A stretch of 63,096 bases of DNA, counting the filler, from Reclinomonas americana ATCC 50394 (taxonomy: Eukaryota), in assembly GCA_048213135.1 (NCBI GenBank). It is 8 parts of 8 records of this genome, joined end to end, with 100 filler letters (N's around TTAATTAATTAA, not from the genome) between each part and the next. Parts side by side here need not be neighbours in the genome. Positions count along the whole stretch, not along the records: positions 9,429 to 15,861 come from AFZH01020653.1; positions 15,962 to 23,987 come from AFZH01020654.1; positions 24,088 to 27,828 come from AFZH01020655.1; 5 more parts are not named here. One strand, 5' to 3'. Below, one piece after another: positions 13,523 through 26,646 of the stretch (position 1 is the first letter of the stretch; each line of letters opens with the position of its first letter). The notes beneath the pieces are model-generated. The model saw only the letters and a program-made list of their open reading frames with translations. It ran no database searches and was not told the origin of the DNA. Position numbers and translations under genes: made by a program.

Positions 13523-15802
13523 ATGCCACTTGGTTCCGACAATTGGTTCCGGTACGCACTCTGTGTGTTTATGTGTGTGTGTATTTTCGTGAATGAGGAT
13601 GCTAACATAGCACACACTCACACGCACACGTGCAGTCTGGGCACGGAGTCCAACTTTGTGTACTATCGGTGAGACAAGAGAGAGCGAGCAAGTGAGTGTG
13701 TGAGATGCAGGGGACTGAATGCAAGCGTGTGTGCGCGTTTGCAGCAAGCAAGAGATGTATGATTTGCCCTTCGAGACTCTCGGTCTCGACCTGTCCATGT
13801 TTATGGCTGCGGCGGCGCAGTTCGGTGGTCCTCTTGGTTGCGTATTCACTCCCTCTCTCTCACACACACACACACGCAATCGCTGACGCGTGGATGCAGC
13901 GCTCATTCGGCACCCGCGCAAGTTTGTCACGGGCGGTGTGGATATGAGCCCCAAGCTCCGCATCTTTACGTCGTCTGGCGAGCGGCTTGCCGAGATCCCT
14001 GTTGCGTTTTTCTTTGTCCTTCATCTCGTGTCACCGTTCCGCGCTCTCATCGCCACGCGCACAGTGGGAGAAGCGTGGCATTGTGGACATTGGGTGGTCA
14101 GATGAGGAGAATGCGGTGGTGGTGCTCGAGTTGCGTTTCCCTTTTTTCTTTACCGCCGTTCTCGGACGGGCACTGATCGTGCTGGTGGTCTCTCGTCAGG
14201 GACGGCTCGTGCATTCTGTTCAACTTGCACGGCGAGTTGTTGCACACGGTGTCGGTGACTCTGGTGTGTGCAGCAGTTTCAGTCTCCCGGTAATGGTGTC
14301 GATTGCACTCACTGCGGAGAGGCAATGTGGTGTGTACAGGGTGAAGATGATCGCGTGGTGGACTGCAAGTTCTGGCCGTCGGGTCTGGTGATGATGACCG
14401 ACAGTCTCAAGTTCTACGCCGTCACCAACTACTCGGAGCATCGTGTGCTCTCGCTGCCGGATCCCAGTTGCGACGCGGCGGTGTCATTGTTTATATCCAT
14501 GCAGTTATTCTCATTCGCGCTTCCCACCGCAGTGCTCATGGCTCGACCGCACTGCATGGCCGTCATCTCGCCGGCGTACACGCTGAGCGGTGGACCGGAG
14601 GTGCTCGTCGCGCCCAAGGCCATCTTCAGTGAGACGGGCGAACCGATTGGCGGCTCTGTTGTCATGATTGACATTGATCGCACGGAAGATCAGGTGAGGG
14701 TGTTGGTGGGAAGAGACGCAACCGACAACAAACGGTGCTTTGCCAACACGCACACCCGCAGGGTCTGGGTGGCGGTCCGTTCCTGGCCATGAGTGTGTCG
14801 CCGAGTGGGAGATACGTGGCGCTCTTTTGCAACAATGGCGTCATCAAGGTGACGGGTGCCGACTTTGCCAAGATTGTCACCGAGTTCGACACCAAGGGTG
14901 ATGTGCCGCCGACGCAAATGGTGTGGTGAGTGAGCCAAAGCGGCGAATCGACACGTGGGCATCTGCAGTGCGGCAGCGTGGTGTGCGTTCTCACCTGTCC
15001 TCCTTCCCGCAGGTGTGGCGAGGACACGGTGTGTTTGTACTGGGACCAGGAGGCCATGGAGTCCGACACCACGCTGGTGCTGATGGTGGGGCCGCACGGC
15101 TACTACGAGCGCTTCCTCTACGATTCATCCGTCCTGCTGGTGCCGGAGATTGATGGTGTGCGCATCTTTTCGAATTCGGTGTGCGAGTTCTTGGAGAAGG
15201 TGCCGCTGGGAACGGTGGAGATCTTCGAGGTCGGCTCCGTCTCGCCTCCTGCGCTGTTGTTCGACGCCTTCAAGGAGTTCAATGTTGCGTTCCCGTGGCC
15301 AAGGCGTGAGGGGGTGTTTTTTTCTCAACGATGCGGCGTGAGCAGGAGCGGAGTCCCAACGGCATCAAGCACATTCAGCACATTCGAGAGTCACTCGGGC
15401 CGGCCGTCGATGTGTGCATTGAGGCCGCCGGCAACGAACTGGACATCAGTGTGCAAATGGACTTGCTAAAGGTGAGCGAGAGAGAGAGAGAGGGAGGGAG
15501 AGGAAGGGTTAGAGCAGCACCTGATACATTGCGTGACACAGGCGGCGTCGTACGGCAAGGCATTTTGTGACTTTTACGATCTCGACAAGTTTGTGGACAT
15601 GTGCAAGTTCTTGCGTGTGTTGAACGCTTGCCGGCATCGCTCCGTGGGCATCGGCATCACCTACAAGCAGTTCGAGGCGTTGACTCTCCCCGTGCTCCTC
15701 GATCGCCTGGTGTACCGACACTTGCACTTGCTGGCGGTGAGGATATGCGACTACATGGACGTGCCACCGGACAAGGTCCTCGTGCACTGGGCATGTCGCA
15801 AG
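13523..15802 (+). CDS. VPS16: Vacuolar protein sorting 16 (HOPS/CORVET), 5' portion, truncated by the gap
   Basis: YYRKQEMY...AAAQFGGPLALIR...LRIFTSSGERLAEIPW...PPTQMVWCG...LVPEIDGVRIFS...LLKAASYGKAF...LRVLNACRHRSVGIGITYKQF...VLVHWACRK. Confidence 0.93.
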
Positions 15803-15961
15803 GTACGCGTCGTCGCTCACCGACCACGAATCTTTATCTGCTGCGCTGTGCTGAAATACCANNNNNNNNNNNNNNNNNNNNNNNNNNNNNNNNNNNNNNN
15901 NNNNNTTAATTAATTAANNNNNNNNNNNNNNNNNNNNNNNNNNNNNNNNNNNNNNNNNNNN

Positions 15962-16913
15962 ACCCACCAATGCCGACATTGTACGTGTACGACTCACCAG
16001 TGGCCGTCTCTGTGATGCGTGTGAATTCCACAACACACACAAGCACACACGAAGAGAGGGGTACGGGACGCACTGGTGATGCCCGCATCGGGGCCACTGA
16101 GCGCCTTGTACTGCACCACCGACTGCGCCGTATCCTCCATGGTGACCCACATGACCACCGCCTGCATGTCGTTTCGTGGTCAACATGCGCGACACCAAGA
16201 GCTCACTGCCTCCACAGAACACGCACCGAATCTGTGCCAGCGAGACCAGCAGAGCCCGTGCCCGACAACATGACATGGATCTGATCGGGGTGCTTGCCAA
16301 TGGCGAGCGACAGCCGCGGGAACGCCCTGCAGGTGTACAGCCATGAGGAACACTCGCCTGTCGTGTCCAGCACAATCGCCAGTCCACAGCACACCTCGCA
16401 AACTCGTCGAAACTCAGATACCCTGCGATCGAACAAACCAGCGACAACATGGAGGGGGTCAATGAATGACACCGAAGCGGGGCAACACGCACACACACAC
16501 ACCATCAGTGTCATGGTCGTATCTCTCCAGTGCCACACGCACTGCATGGCGCGACGGCATGCCGTCGTCCTCATCCATCAGTGAGAACGCGTATGCCCAC
16601 AAATCACTGCGCATGCGTGAAAACACGCGCTTACACACGCTCTTTTCCCGCACGCGCACTCTCACCCTTCGCCCACATGGCCGTCCATGTCCGCATCCAA
16701 GCGATCAAACAGCATGCGGAGTGCCCAGGTGTCTCGCTGCTGTGAGGTGATATCCCGCAGCGAGTCAGTGATCGCTGCGAGTCGAGTCCCTCTGTCACCA
16801 CAAAGCACCTCCTGTTGCTCGGCCCACGCAGAGAATGTCACACTGCTCAGTGCCACCACGCAGGCGACAGCGACCGCAATGGTCAGCAAGACTCGCTCGT
16901 CTCGCCTCGTCAT
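15962..16913 (-). CDS. Secreted or membrane-anchored protein with EF-hand-like loops followed by a purple-acid-phosphatase N-terminal (Fn3-like) domain; 3' end lost in the gap
   Basis: Hydrophobic N-terminus. EF-like loops FDRLDADMDGHVGE and YDHDTDGYLSFDEF. Then HPDQIHV...AVVMWVTMEDTAQSVVQY...ATGESYTYNV. Confidence 0.65.
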
Positions 16914-16968
16914 TGAAGGAAGGGTGTGGGACTCAATCAAAAGGACATCTTCCAAGTACACTGCACGC

Positions 16969-18331
16969 TCAGCGACGCTCTTCGCGCTCACGACGCCGCG
17001 ATCCTCCGCGACCAGAGGCGCGAGGCATGAGTTCCACGTCAATGGACTGCAATGGGCTGTTTCGGATGGCGCGCACAGACGTCACGCGTCCGCGCACAAA
17101 GGGAGGTCGCTTGACGCACATGTTGACGGCTTCGTCTGCGCGCTCCGCACGCAGCACATACTCGGACTTGCACGGCTTGTCGCTGGCGGCGTCGCGCTTC
17201 GCGTACAAGGCGTATGTTGGCGGCTCGAAGCAGCGGAACCACACTTCCTGACCTCTCAATCTGTGTTCACGCGATGAGTTTCCATGGACCGACTGCACAG
17301 TGGCCAGTGCTAGCAAAGCACGCAACTCTTCCGCTCGTCGCAAAGAGGACAAGTCTGTTACAGCACACTTGTGAGCCACCGCTGCGGCACGGGAAACGAC
17401 TCATCCAACCAAAAACTCGCTCACCAAACAAGACGGCTTCGGCATCGGAAAATGGCTCCTTCTCGTCGTCGTGTGCGGCCGCGCTTCCCGCGCGGGAAGG
17501 CGAAAAGGTACCCGACGCAGCGGCAGTGGTGGCAGTGGCACCTCCCAAGCCGGCCAACTCTCGCAGCTTGTCCGCTCCACGTCGCACATCGGCCTGCAGC
17601 CGCAACCACGGACTGGCGCGGTACAGCTCCTCCAGCTGCATCTCGAACTGCTCACGCGTAAACTGCACGTTCATCACAATGGTGGCCACCGCCCACATGT
17701 CGTCGACCGCCACACCCGCCTCCAGCATGACCTGAATGAGCAGGCTCATCTTTGGCGTGCCGTCGATCTTTGCCTGATTCGCCGCCAACACTCGCTGATA
17801 CTCCTCCGGCGACACGCGTCGATCAAACTCCAGCTCGCGCTGCGTCTTCAGCATGCTCTGCTTCTGGTCGCCGCTCTCTGCAAAGTGCCGCGCAAAGGCC
17901 GCCACAAAGAGACGATCAACCGACATGAGACCCGTCACCGCTTGCTCCGCCGATGGACCCGTCTGATAGCTCGGTCCCGCCGCCGCCGCAGCAGCAGCAG
18001 CAGCATTGTAGTGTCCGCCATGCGGAGGCGGTGACAGAGAATGCTGCGCGTGCGAGTCAGCAGACGCGACATTTCCACCAACGCTCACACACTCACTCAC
18101 TCATTCACTCACCGCTGCTGGTGGCGCCACTCCGCCTCCACCGACTCCTCCTCCCGCGCCTCCGTGTGCATAACCCCGCGCCGCCTCAAAGCCCGGCCCT
18201 GGCGGTCCATCGTTCACTCGCATGTGATGCATCCCATGCTGTGCCTGCTGGTAGTGCTGGCCGTAGTCACCGTGCCCACCTCCACCGCCACCACCGCCAA
18301 CACCACCGCCAACACCACCGCCGTAGCTCAT
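16969..18331 (-). CDS. Hypothetical protein with a Gly/His-rich low-complexity N-terminus
   Basis: ATG 18331 (MSYGGGVGGG...), a GTGAGT intron near 18110, and a long coding-like exon ~17280-18045. The 3' end is uncertain. Confidence 0.55.
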
Positions 18332-18475
18332 CGTTGCCGTTGTATGTGTTGCTGACAAAATCGTTGACAGGACGCGGTGGGTTCGACGAAATCCGGCATT
18401 GGTGTCCGCCACTCTCGTCTCTCTGTTGGCGTGAGCAGTGCACTGCCACTGCTCTTCCCCTCGCTCTCCTTTGCC

Positions 18476-21400
18476 ATGGCATTCACGCACGTCGCGTGTG
18501 TCATTCTCGACAGCAGCGCGTTCATCACACTCGGCTTCTTCTCGCCCGATGTCGCCCGCGCACAAGCCCCGCTGTCGGTCGCCACAGTGGACGAGCGCGG
18601 TGCGGTGTGGCGAGAGCGCGCCTCGCTGTTGTTTGAGCGGCGGCGCACGGAGGCGGCAGTGGAAGCCGCGCGCAATGGCCGTCCACCCGACGACCCTGAG
18701 ATTGAGCCGTCGGAGCTGAGTGTCATGGCGGCGGGAGACGTGGCGCGTGCGAGCTTTGCCCACTTTGAGTCGAGTGGTATGTGTGTGTGAGAGAGAGAGA
18801 GAGGAGTGTGTGAATAAAAAGTGCAAAATGTGTCTCAACTCTTTGTGCGCGCAGATCCGCTCGTCGACGTGTGTCTGTATGAGGACTTTGTCAGTCAGCT
18901 GTGGATAGCGCAGGATGAGGGTCATGCGATCGTGTCGACTGCGGGTGAAGAGGTGCACTCATTTTTCCGTTCTCAAACGTTGTTGTTGCGCACCCTCTCT
19001 CTCTCTCACACACACACACACTCCATGATTGCAGGCCATGCCTGTGGCGACGTTGGTTGGTCTCACGGTGTATCAGCTGCTGCCGAGTGTGATTCAACGC
19101 ATGTGTGACACGTTTGGAGAGATTAGACCCACTGACATTCGGTACGTGTTTGGAACACTGCTTCGTGTATGTGTGTGCGTGTGCACCGCCTGACAATTTG
19201 TGCACGCGCTGCAGTTGGGTGATTGGCGTGCCTCGTGAGCGGTCGCCGGTGGCTGTGCGATTGTTGGATGAGGTCATTAGCTCGGCCGACTTCATTCCGG
19301 GTACGGTGGTGGTGGCCGATGCGATCCATTGTGCGGCCGTTGCGTGCGCTTCGGGGGATCCAGAGCCACAGCAGGACATGTATCGCGTCATGTATACCGC
19401 GGGCGCGCTGCTCGGTTGGTCAAAAGAGACGTATGCCGCCTGCATGTGTCTCTGTCGCTCTGACACTTTTTTTGTGCGATCGGTGCACAGAGAGTGCAGT
19501 GTTCAGCGTGCAACTCGGTCAGCCACTGACGTGCGCCATCAGTGAATGGCCGAGCCCGCTGTCGACGCGACACAACACTGACGCTTTCCATGCTTTGCTG
19601 TCGCTGCTGCTGGAGAGCTTTGAGCAGTCGCCGGCTGCGTTCTGGAAGCATGCCGACTGCCTGACGACTCTGGACGCGCTGGAGACCGCGTTCCACCACG
19701 GTGTCTCCAGTCGGCCAGTGAGCATCACGCAAGCCAGCATTCGTGCCATCAGCTGCACCGGTCGCAACAAGTCCGTGCCTGGCGTTCGTCATCAGCAGGG
19801 GCGCGTTCTCATCTCGGTCCGCGATTTTGAGACGTACATTTTGATGCCGGTTGCCAACGCTCTGCTGGAGCCGGCGCACCAACAGGAGGTGGCACACGGT
19901 GAAGAGTTGTATGCCTATTTGACGGGTCCAGAGACTGGTACGCTGACCAGCACTGCCGGCCGCATGTTCGGCTCGCTGCAGCCGATCGACCGACCGGACA
20001 CCATGGCTGCCACTGGTGCTCTCCTCTTTGGCGCCAACCAACTGCAGCACGCAGATGCGGGCATGGCGCCGGCACCTGCCGGGCCGCCGGGTGCTGGTTT
20101 CGAGCGTCTGCCCGTTGCCGTGGATCCCGCACCTGCAGCACCAGCACGAGCACCGGCACCGGCACCAGCACCAGCACCAGCACCAGCACCAGCGCCAGCG
20201 TCAGCACCCGCACCCGCACCCGCACCCGCACCGGTGGCAGTGTCTTCGCCGCCGCCGCGGCAGCCAAGTCTCGTGGCCAACGATGATCCGTTTGGTGGGA
20301 ACCTCGCCTCCCCGTCCATGGTTGTGGGACGTGCTGCTGGTGGCGCACCTCAGCAACAACCACAGCAACAGCACCGCCAACAGCAAGAGCAAGAGCAAGA
20401 GCAACAGCGGCAGAGGCAGCAGCAGCAGCAGCGCCCAGTATCTGCTCTCATTGACCCCCGAGCCGCAGCTGCTTCGTCGCCTCCCAAGTCAGTATCGTTT
20501 GCGGTCGACGATGGCTCCGGACAAGCGTCTGTGCCTGCGCAGCCCAGTATGGATTCGCTGATTCAGAGCGCCATTGCGGTACGCTCAGAGTGCTTGGCAC
20601 GTGCACATTGCCTGTCCTCCTCTTGACTGTGTATTTGCATTGTTGCGCGCAGTACGTGACTGACCGCCTGTCCGAGCTCGGCTTCTCCCCTCCCAACCGC
20701 AACGTGATGATGAATTACATCAACAAGTACAGGGCCGACCTCGACAAACCAGAGAGAGTCGACACCTGCTTCCGGGAGATTTTGCACAAGGAGATGTTGG
20801 GCGCCGATTTTCCTGATCCTGCCCCCGCCGCTCCCGCACCAGCCGCCGCACCCGCCCGCGCCCCCGCTCCTGCTCCTGCTCCTGCTCCCGCACCTGCTCC
20901 CGCTCCCGCACCAGCCGATGGTGACAGTCTTCGTCGCTTGCTGATGGACCTCCCACCAGCCAGTCGCCGTGTGGCCGATGTGCGTCGTTGTGTTGCAGTA
21001 GATGAGAGGAGGATGCGACAATTGACTGATGGCACCATACCTTGCGCAGAAATTCATGAGCAACTGTTACGGGGGCATTCTGTTCCGGTTGCCCCCCTCG
21101 GGCGAGGAACAGGTGATTGAGCGGACGCTCCGGAAACACCAGAACAACTTTGTCGCTTTGCAGGCTGGTCGCATGACGGAGCGTGAGCTGCTGTATGCCA
21201 TGGCCGAGGACGCCATGCAGTTGTCACAGGAGTGGGAGGAGCCTCCGGCACCTGCACCGGCACCTGTGGCTCCGCCTGTACGCCATGAACAACCTGCACG
21301 ACCTATTCCCAGCGAGGTTTCCGCCGAATATCAGCCGCGAGCACGTCCACCGTCTCTGCCAGCTGGAGGCTCATCGTCTTCCTCGTCGTCGTCGTCCTCC

Positions 21401-23806
21401 TCTTCCTCCTCGTCCGCCGCGGGTCCATCGGGTTCATCATCACACCCGCCGGCAATAAGGCAGTCCTCGGCTGCCTCACTTGCACCTCCGGGCGACGGAC
21501 GTAATCGCCGCAATTCGGTGGATGAAGGCAGTGGTGCACCGCGTGTGCGCGCCCCTGCGTCGTCGGCCACCGCACCAATTGATGTGAGTATGTGGAGACC
21601 TGTGACTTCCACTTTCTGTCCATATTGTCACTGAACGAATGACACATGTGGCAGCCAAAAATCGGGTTCTCCGAAGCGCTGCAGTTGCGCCGACCAGACG
21701 CACAGTTCCAGGCAGAAATGTTACTGTTCGACGACGCCCGGCAACCGGCTCCTGCGGTGCAGCCGGCCATGCATCAAGTGGACCGAGCGAGTATCGAATC
21801 AGTTGTTGGCGACGACGACTACATTGCGCGACTCGAGCAGGAAGTGCAAGGCCAAGCGCAAGAGGAGTACGCACCAGAGGCATGGGAGCTCCATCCGTCG
21901 GCGGCCACTCCCACTGGAGGATGCACACCCGGTGGGCCCGACGCCGGTGTGTTTCGTTTCTCGACAATGCCACGTTTCAATTGCTATGCTAGGTTGGCTG
22001 ACTCGCGCTCTCAAATGTGCAGACTTCGAGGTCATTGGTCGCTACGTCGAGCAAGCCGAAAAGCTGTTCCGTATGTTCCGCGACCTGCAAAGTGACGCAC
22101 AGGCACGCAGAACAACAATCGACAATTTGGGTTCCAGCCTCGTGGCGAACAGGGTCTGTCGCTGCGCGCCGATTTTTTCCGTATTCATGTTGTAGCTGAC
22201 GGCAAGCCTTTATATTTCCTTGCAATACAGGATTGGCTCGAGTGCCTGAGGATCTTTTGTGACGGCCTCTCGGACTCGAACCGGTCGGAGAGTGCAGCCA
22301 AGGCGGAAATGATGGAATATTTGCAGCTCGCTGAGGACTGTGCGCGAGAAGTCGAGGACAGTTTGGAACTGTGGCGACGCAGCAATCAGAGTGCCATGAT
22401 GACTCACTCGGCCAGTGAGCTGGAGGAGTCTGTGATGCTGGACGTACGAAGTGGTCCGGCAGATCATCAAGTGCAGCTGTTCCGCGTGGACGGTGAAAGT
22501 GGCGTGTACGGCAGGAACGCTCCGTCTGCGGCGGCAGCAGCAGCAGCAGCAGCAGTGCAGCCGGTGCCAGCAGTCGACCCGCTGCAGCTGCCATTCGACA
22601 GCAGCCTCGGGCCCCCGTTCACCGCCGACACGCGCCTGCGAGTCTACGAAACGCGCTACCAACAGGACCTCTTTGCATCCATGTCGCTGTGGCTCAGCCG
22701 GCGCGCAGATCCCGAGTGGGCACGGTATAGTCCTCTGTGTCTTCGTCTTGGCGATGGCAAAGCCAACTTAATCGCGTTTTTTTTTGTTTGCACCACAGAT
22801 TGTGTGTGCCTCCTTCACAGTCACCCGACGTCGACTTGTCGTTTGCCAGATACCTGCGGCGAATGATGAATGGTGGCAGACCTGCAATTGTGTACCCCGT
22901 TGTCGACCCGCTTCCCCCTGTTCTGTTGCGTATGACTCGCTTTGTTCTCCGACCCTACTCGGTTCTCATGTTTCGTCCACGTAGCCCTATTCCGCCGCTG
23001 CCAGTTGTTCAAGAAGGTATGTCAGCAGAATTTACGTACTGTTCCAACCAGTTCCTCACTCTGCACAACTTGCGCGCGCAGTTCGTCAGCTGCGACTGGG
23101 CCAGGTCGGTGCCGCGCCTCGTGGCGTTTGTGGACACTGCGTCATAGTGTTTCTGAGTGTGTCTATTTTTCCGCCTTGCAGATCCGACCGTTCACGCACA
23201 TTAGCATCGACATTCCCGTCCCCGTTGCCGGCCGGGACGACGACCGTGCCAGCATCAAAATTCACATTGTCGTCGGCGATCCGCGCTGCGTACAGTGCAA
23301 CATTTTGTGCCTGCCCACGAATTCGGTGCGTCTCCCCGGCGCGCCCCGTTCGCAGCACGGCGGCTGACGGACTTGTTTCGCTTTTTCTCTCCCCCTCCCT
23401 CTTCAGCCGTACTTGCTCGATCTGCAAAACAATGGACCGGAGAGCCTCGGCAATGTGATTGAGGTCGAGGTGCAAGCAGCCAACCAAATGGCGGCAGATC
23501 AAACTGGTAAGCATTCTATTTTTCCGCTCGTGTGTGTTGAAGCTCACCACGCGCGGCAATGCACAGCCGATGCGCCAATCAAGGCCGCTGTGAAATTGAT
23601 TCCGCTCAACGGTGGCGTGTCGGCCATGACACACGTGGAGATGTTGGCGTTGATGGGTCGTCGTCGGTTGCAACCGGAGACCATGTCGGTGGATGTGATG
23701 CAAGTCCGCGAGTGCGTTCGGCGTTGCGTACTGAAGCAGTTTGATGCCAATTGTGCCGCACCGACATCACCAGTCGGCGTGGTGGCTTTTGGCGATTTTG
23801 CAAGCC
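18476..23806 (+). CDS. Large multi-exon protein: possible PIN-like N-terminus, Pro-Ala/Gln/Ser-rich linkers, macrodomain-like C-terminal region; probably continues into the PARP exons
   Basis: Continuous exon chain with short introns. VILDSSAFI at the N-terminus, (PA)n tracts, and IKIHIVVGDPRCVQCNILCLPTNS resembling the macrodomain GD..D.IVN.TNS segment. Confidence 0.55.
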
Positions 23807-23829
23807 GGTTTGTGTGTGTTGAGGCACTG

Positions 23830-23832
<3 letters not shown>

Positions 23833-23882
<50 letters not shown>

Positions 23883-24103
23883 GGAGGAGAGAGAGTGTGT
23901 TACGTACTACCTACTACGACGACGACGACGACGAACGACGACCGACCGTCCGTCCGTCGTCGTCGTCGTCGGTCGGTTCGTTTAGTTNNNNNNNNNNNNN
24001 NNNNNNNNNNNNNNNNNNNNNNNNNNNNNNNTTAATTAATTAANNNNNNNNNNNNNNNNNNNNNNNNNNNNNNNNNNNNNNNNNNNNGTAGTAGTAGTAG
24101 TAC

Positions 24104-24142
<39 letters not shown>

Positions 24143-24190
24143 TAGAGTAGTAGAGAGAGAAGAGAAGAGAGTGATGGGAGAGAGAGAGAA
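23833..24190. repeat. (GA)n, (ACG)n and (GTA)n microsatellites flanking a gap
   Basis: Direct reading of the sequence. Confidence 0.85.
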
Positions 24191-24267
24191 CAAGTAGAGT
24201 TGGCGGGGAGGAGTGGGATCAGCCGCTGTCCCTAGCTGACGCACGCTTCAACGCACGCCCAACAGAG

Positions 24268-25336
24268 CGTCAACATTATCGAGATCCGCAAGGTGTCGAA
24301 TCCGAAGCTTGAAGAGCTCTTCCTGCGACGTCAGGCGGCCCTCGCTGCCGAGCTTGGCTATCCTGTGGAGCCGATTGAGCTGTACCACGGCACCGTGGAA
24401 GACGCCTTGCAGTTCATTCTGAAGCACAGGTGTGCTCATCCGGAGCTTCTCTCTCTCTCCCTCTCTCTCCCTCTCACTGCTCTGTTTACACAGCATGTTG
24501 CCGCCTGCCGATTTCAACGTCAATCAGAACTGCGACAATGCGCGCCGACTGTACGGTGCGCTTTGGCTGCCACTCATTTATGTGCGTCAGCTTCGTCGCT
24601 TATCTACTTTGTGTGTGTCTGTGTGTATGCGCAGGCGAGCAAAGGTCCAATCCGCTGTGCGATGTGGCGTGCCAGCATTGCGCCAGGGACCCGTCGCGAC
24701 ATCAGCGAAGCACACGGACACCGTGTCATATGTTTGGGTGCGTACGTTTGTGCATTGGCCACCACAATGTCGATGATTTTTCCACTGATGGGTGAAACGC
24801 GCAGACTCGGAGTGTACTTTGCGAGGCAGCTCGCGTTGCGTAAACGTTTTTTTGGCTTTGCGCTCTATTCCAAGAAAGCCACTCACTGTTTGTGTGTGTG
24901 TGTGTTCGTTGTGCAGGAAATCGCACCGGTACACTCATGGACCTCGTCGAGTAATATTGCGGTGCAGGGTGCTGCTCGGACGCCCCGAAGAGGTGCAGAA
25001 GCTGAATTCGGAGGCTGAGCGACATGACGATGTCGCTCCTGCGCCCGGCTATCACTCCGTGAAGGGCATCGGTCACGGCAAGAACGCGCCACGCGATCAC
25101 CTGCACCTGGTCAACGACGAATGTTGCGTGTGTGATTTGTCTATCCCTGTCTGTCTGTGTCGCGACTCACCCTTATTCTTCTGTCTCGCAGACATGTTGC
25201 GTCGAGACGGCGAACATCTTGTTGTCTTCTGTGTATGTGTGTGTCCGCGACTGACCTCTTCGTTCTCGTCTCGCGCAGTATCTTCCACCCGTACCAGCTG
25301 CTGCCGGAGCTCGTCATCATCTACAACGCCAAGTAA
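24268..25336 (+). CDS. PARP/ARTD catalytic domain, tankyrase-like, H-Y-E triad (3' exons)
   Basis: Spliced: IRKVSNPKLEELF...LYHGT...CHMFGLGVYFARQLAKSHRYTHGPRRVILRCRVLLG...GYHSVKG...NDEYIIFHPYQLLPELVIIYNAK*. Confidence 0.88.
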
Positions 25337-25449
25337 AAATCCGGAGCATGTAGATGTGTGTGTTTATCAATTAGGATCATCGTTATCAAATTCATTAAAC
25401 AAGGGACAGCTGCAGGGTGGCTCGAAAAAAAAAAGAGAAGAGCAACACA

Positions 25450-26646
25450 TCATCGAGGTCTTTGCACTCGGCTTGGCACGGGCGCCATCGATTTGGCGGC
25501 GTCCCGATGCATCATGGCCCACACCGGTGCTCCCGGCTCCAATGCCGCCATTCCGTCGTCCTCGGTGCTGCCAAACGGTAGCACCGCGTTCACTCGCGCT
25601 CCACCAACGGCGCCCACAGCTTGCCTCGTGACAAGCACCGGCTCACCCATGGGCGCCACGCTTGGTCTCCTCATCTCTACGGCAGCGACCGATCGCCGGT
25701 CATTCCGAGGAACCACGGCCGAGGCGACGATGCGCGCCCTCGAATCTACCACCACGCTCGCTGCTCGTGGTCTGCTCCCACCATGTCCGTCCGCATCCGC
25801 CTCATTGATGACATGCAGCGCAAGTGCTGGCGTCCCTGCCAGTGCCCGCTGAGACAATGGCGGTGCAGGTGGCGGCTGGCTATAACCATGGTGCACGTGA
25901 CGACGGGGTGGGTGGCCGCGAAGTGGCGTCGCGTGTGCTGGAGCAGCACTGGCGATTGCATCTGCATCTCTTCTCGGCCGCGGCGGGGTGTTGGTATCCA
26001 TCCGCTTCGACGACGACGACGACGGAGACTGCGGTAATGTGCCCTGTAACCGAGATCGCGATGCCTCCTCCCCTCGTGCCTCCTCCTCCAGTTTTCGCAG
26101 CGATGTCATTGTGGCCGCCACACGCTTGCGTTCCAACTCGGTCTGCTCCTCGCGTTGTCGTGAGCGGATGCTGTATTGTCGGATGCGATGAGTGTGATGA
26201 TGAGACGGATGACAACTCGTATCGGTCCAGCAGCAACGCAACGTGCTGGCGATTGCGCACTCACAGCACCACACGCACGGGCACAGCGTGACGCAGCACA
26301 GGTTGGCCATACATCCACCGCACGTCTGCGAAACTGAGACGTGAGCGAAACCGTTAACTCGCAACCGATATACAGCGAGTGTGCTTTCGTCAACGAGCTC
26401 AGCGCCAGAAGTGGCTCAGACTCTTGTGCCTTGTACTCTGCACTTCCGCTGCGCTATGCTACTGTGTACCTCTCTGTGTCTCTTGCAAAGCGCGTGCGTG
26501 TGTGCCTACAGTAGATTGGTCAAACGGGCGCGTGTGTCTCACGCAACACAGCAATCACTCCGAAAGAAGCCGAGGCAACAGAAGTGCTCAGAGAACCATG
26601 CGGGCGAGACGCTCGCCGACATGTCGGTGCCCAGGTCGATGGCCAT
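25450..26646 (-). CDS. Hypothetical multi-exon protein
   Basis: Long terminal exon ~25450-26185 with a coiled-coil-like QREEQTELERKR stretch. The upstream small exons and the start are tentative. Confidence 0.45.

Noticed and set aside
20130..20915. gcacca/gctcct tandem repeats as CRISPR or satellite
   Set aside because: They are coding (Pro-Ala)n linkers with no spacers.
23900..24150. Mirror-like ACG/CGT/TAG repeats
   Set aside because: They are low-complexity contig ends next to a gap, probably poor-quality read tails.
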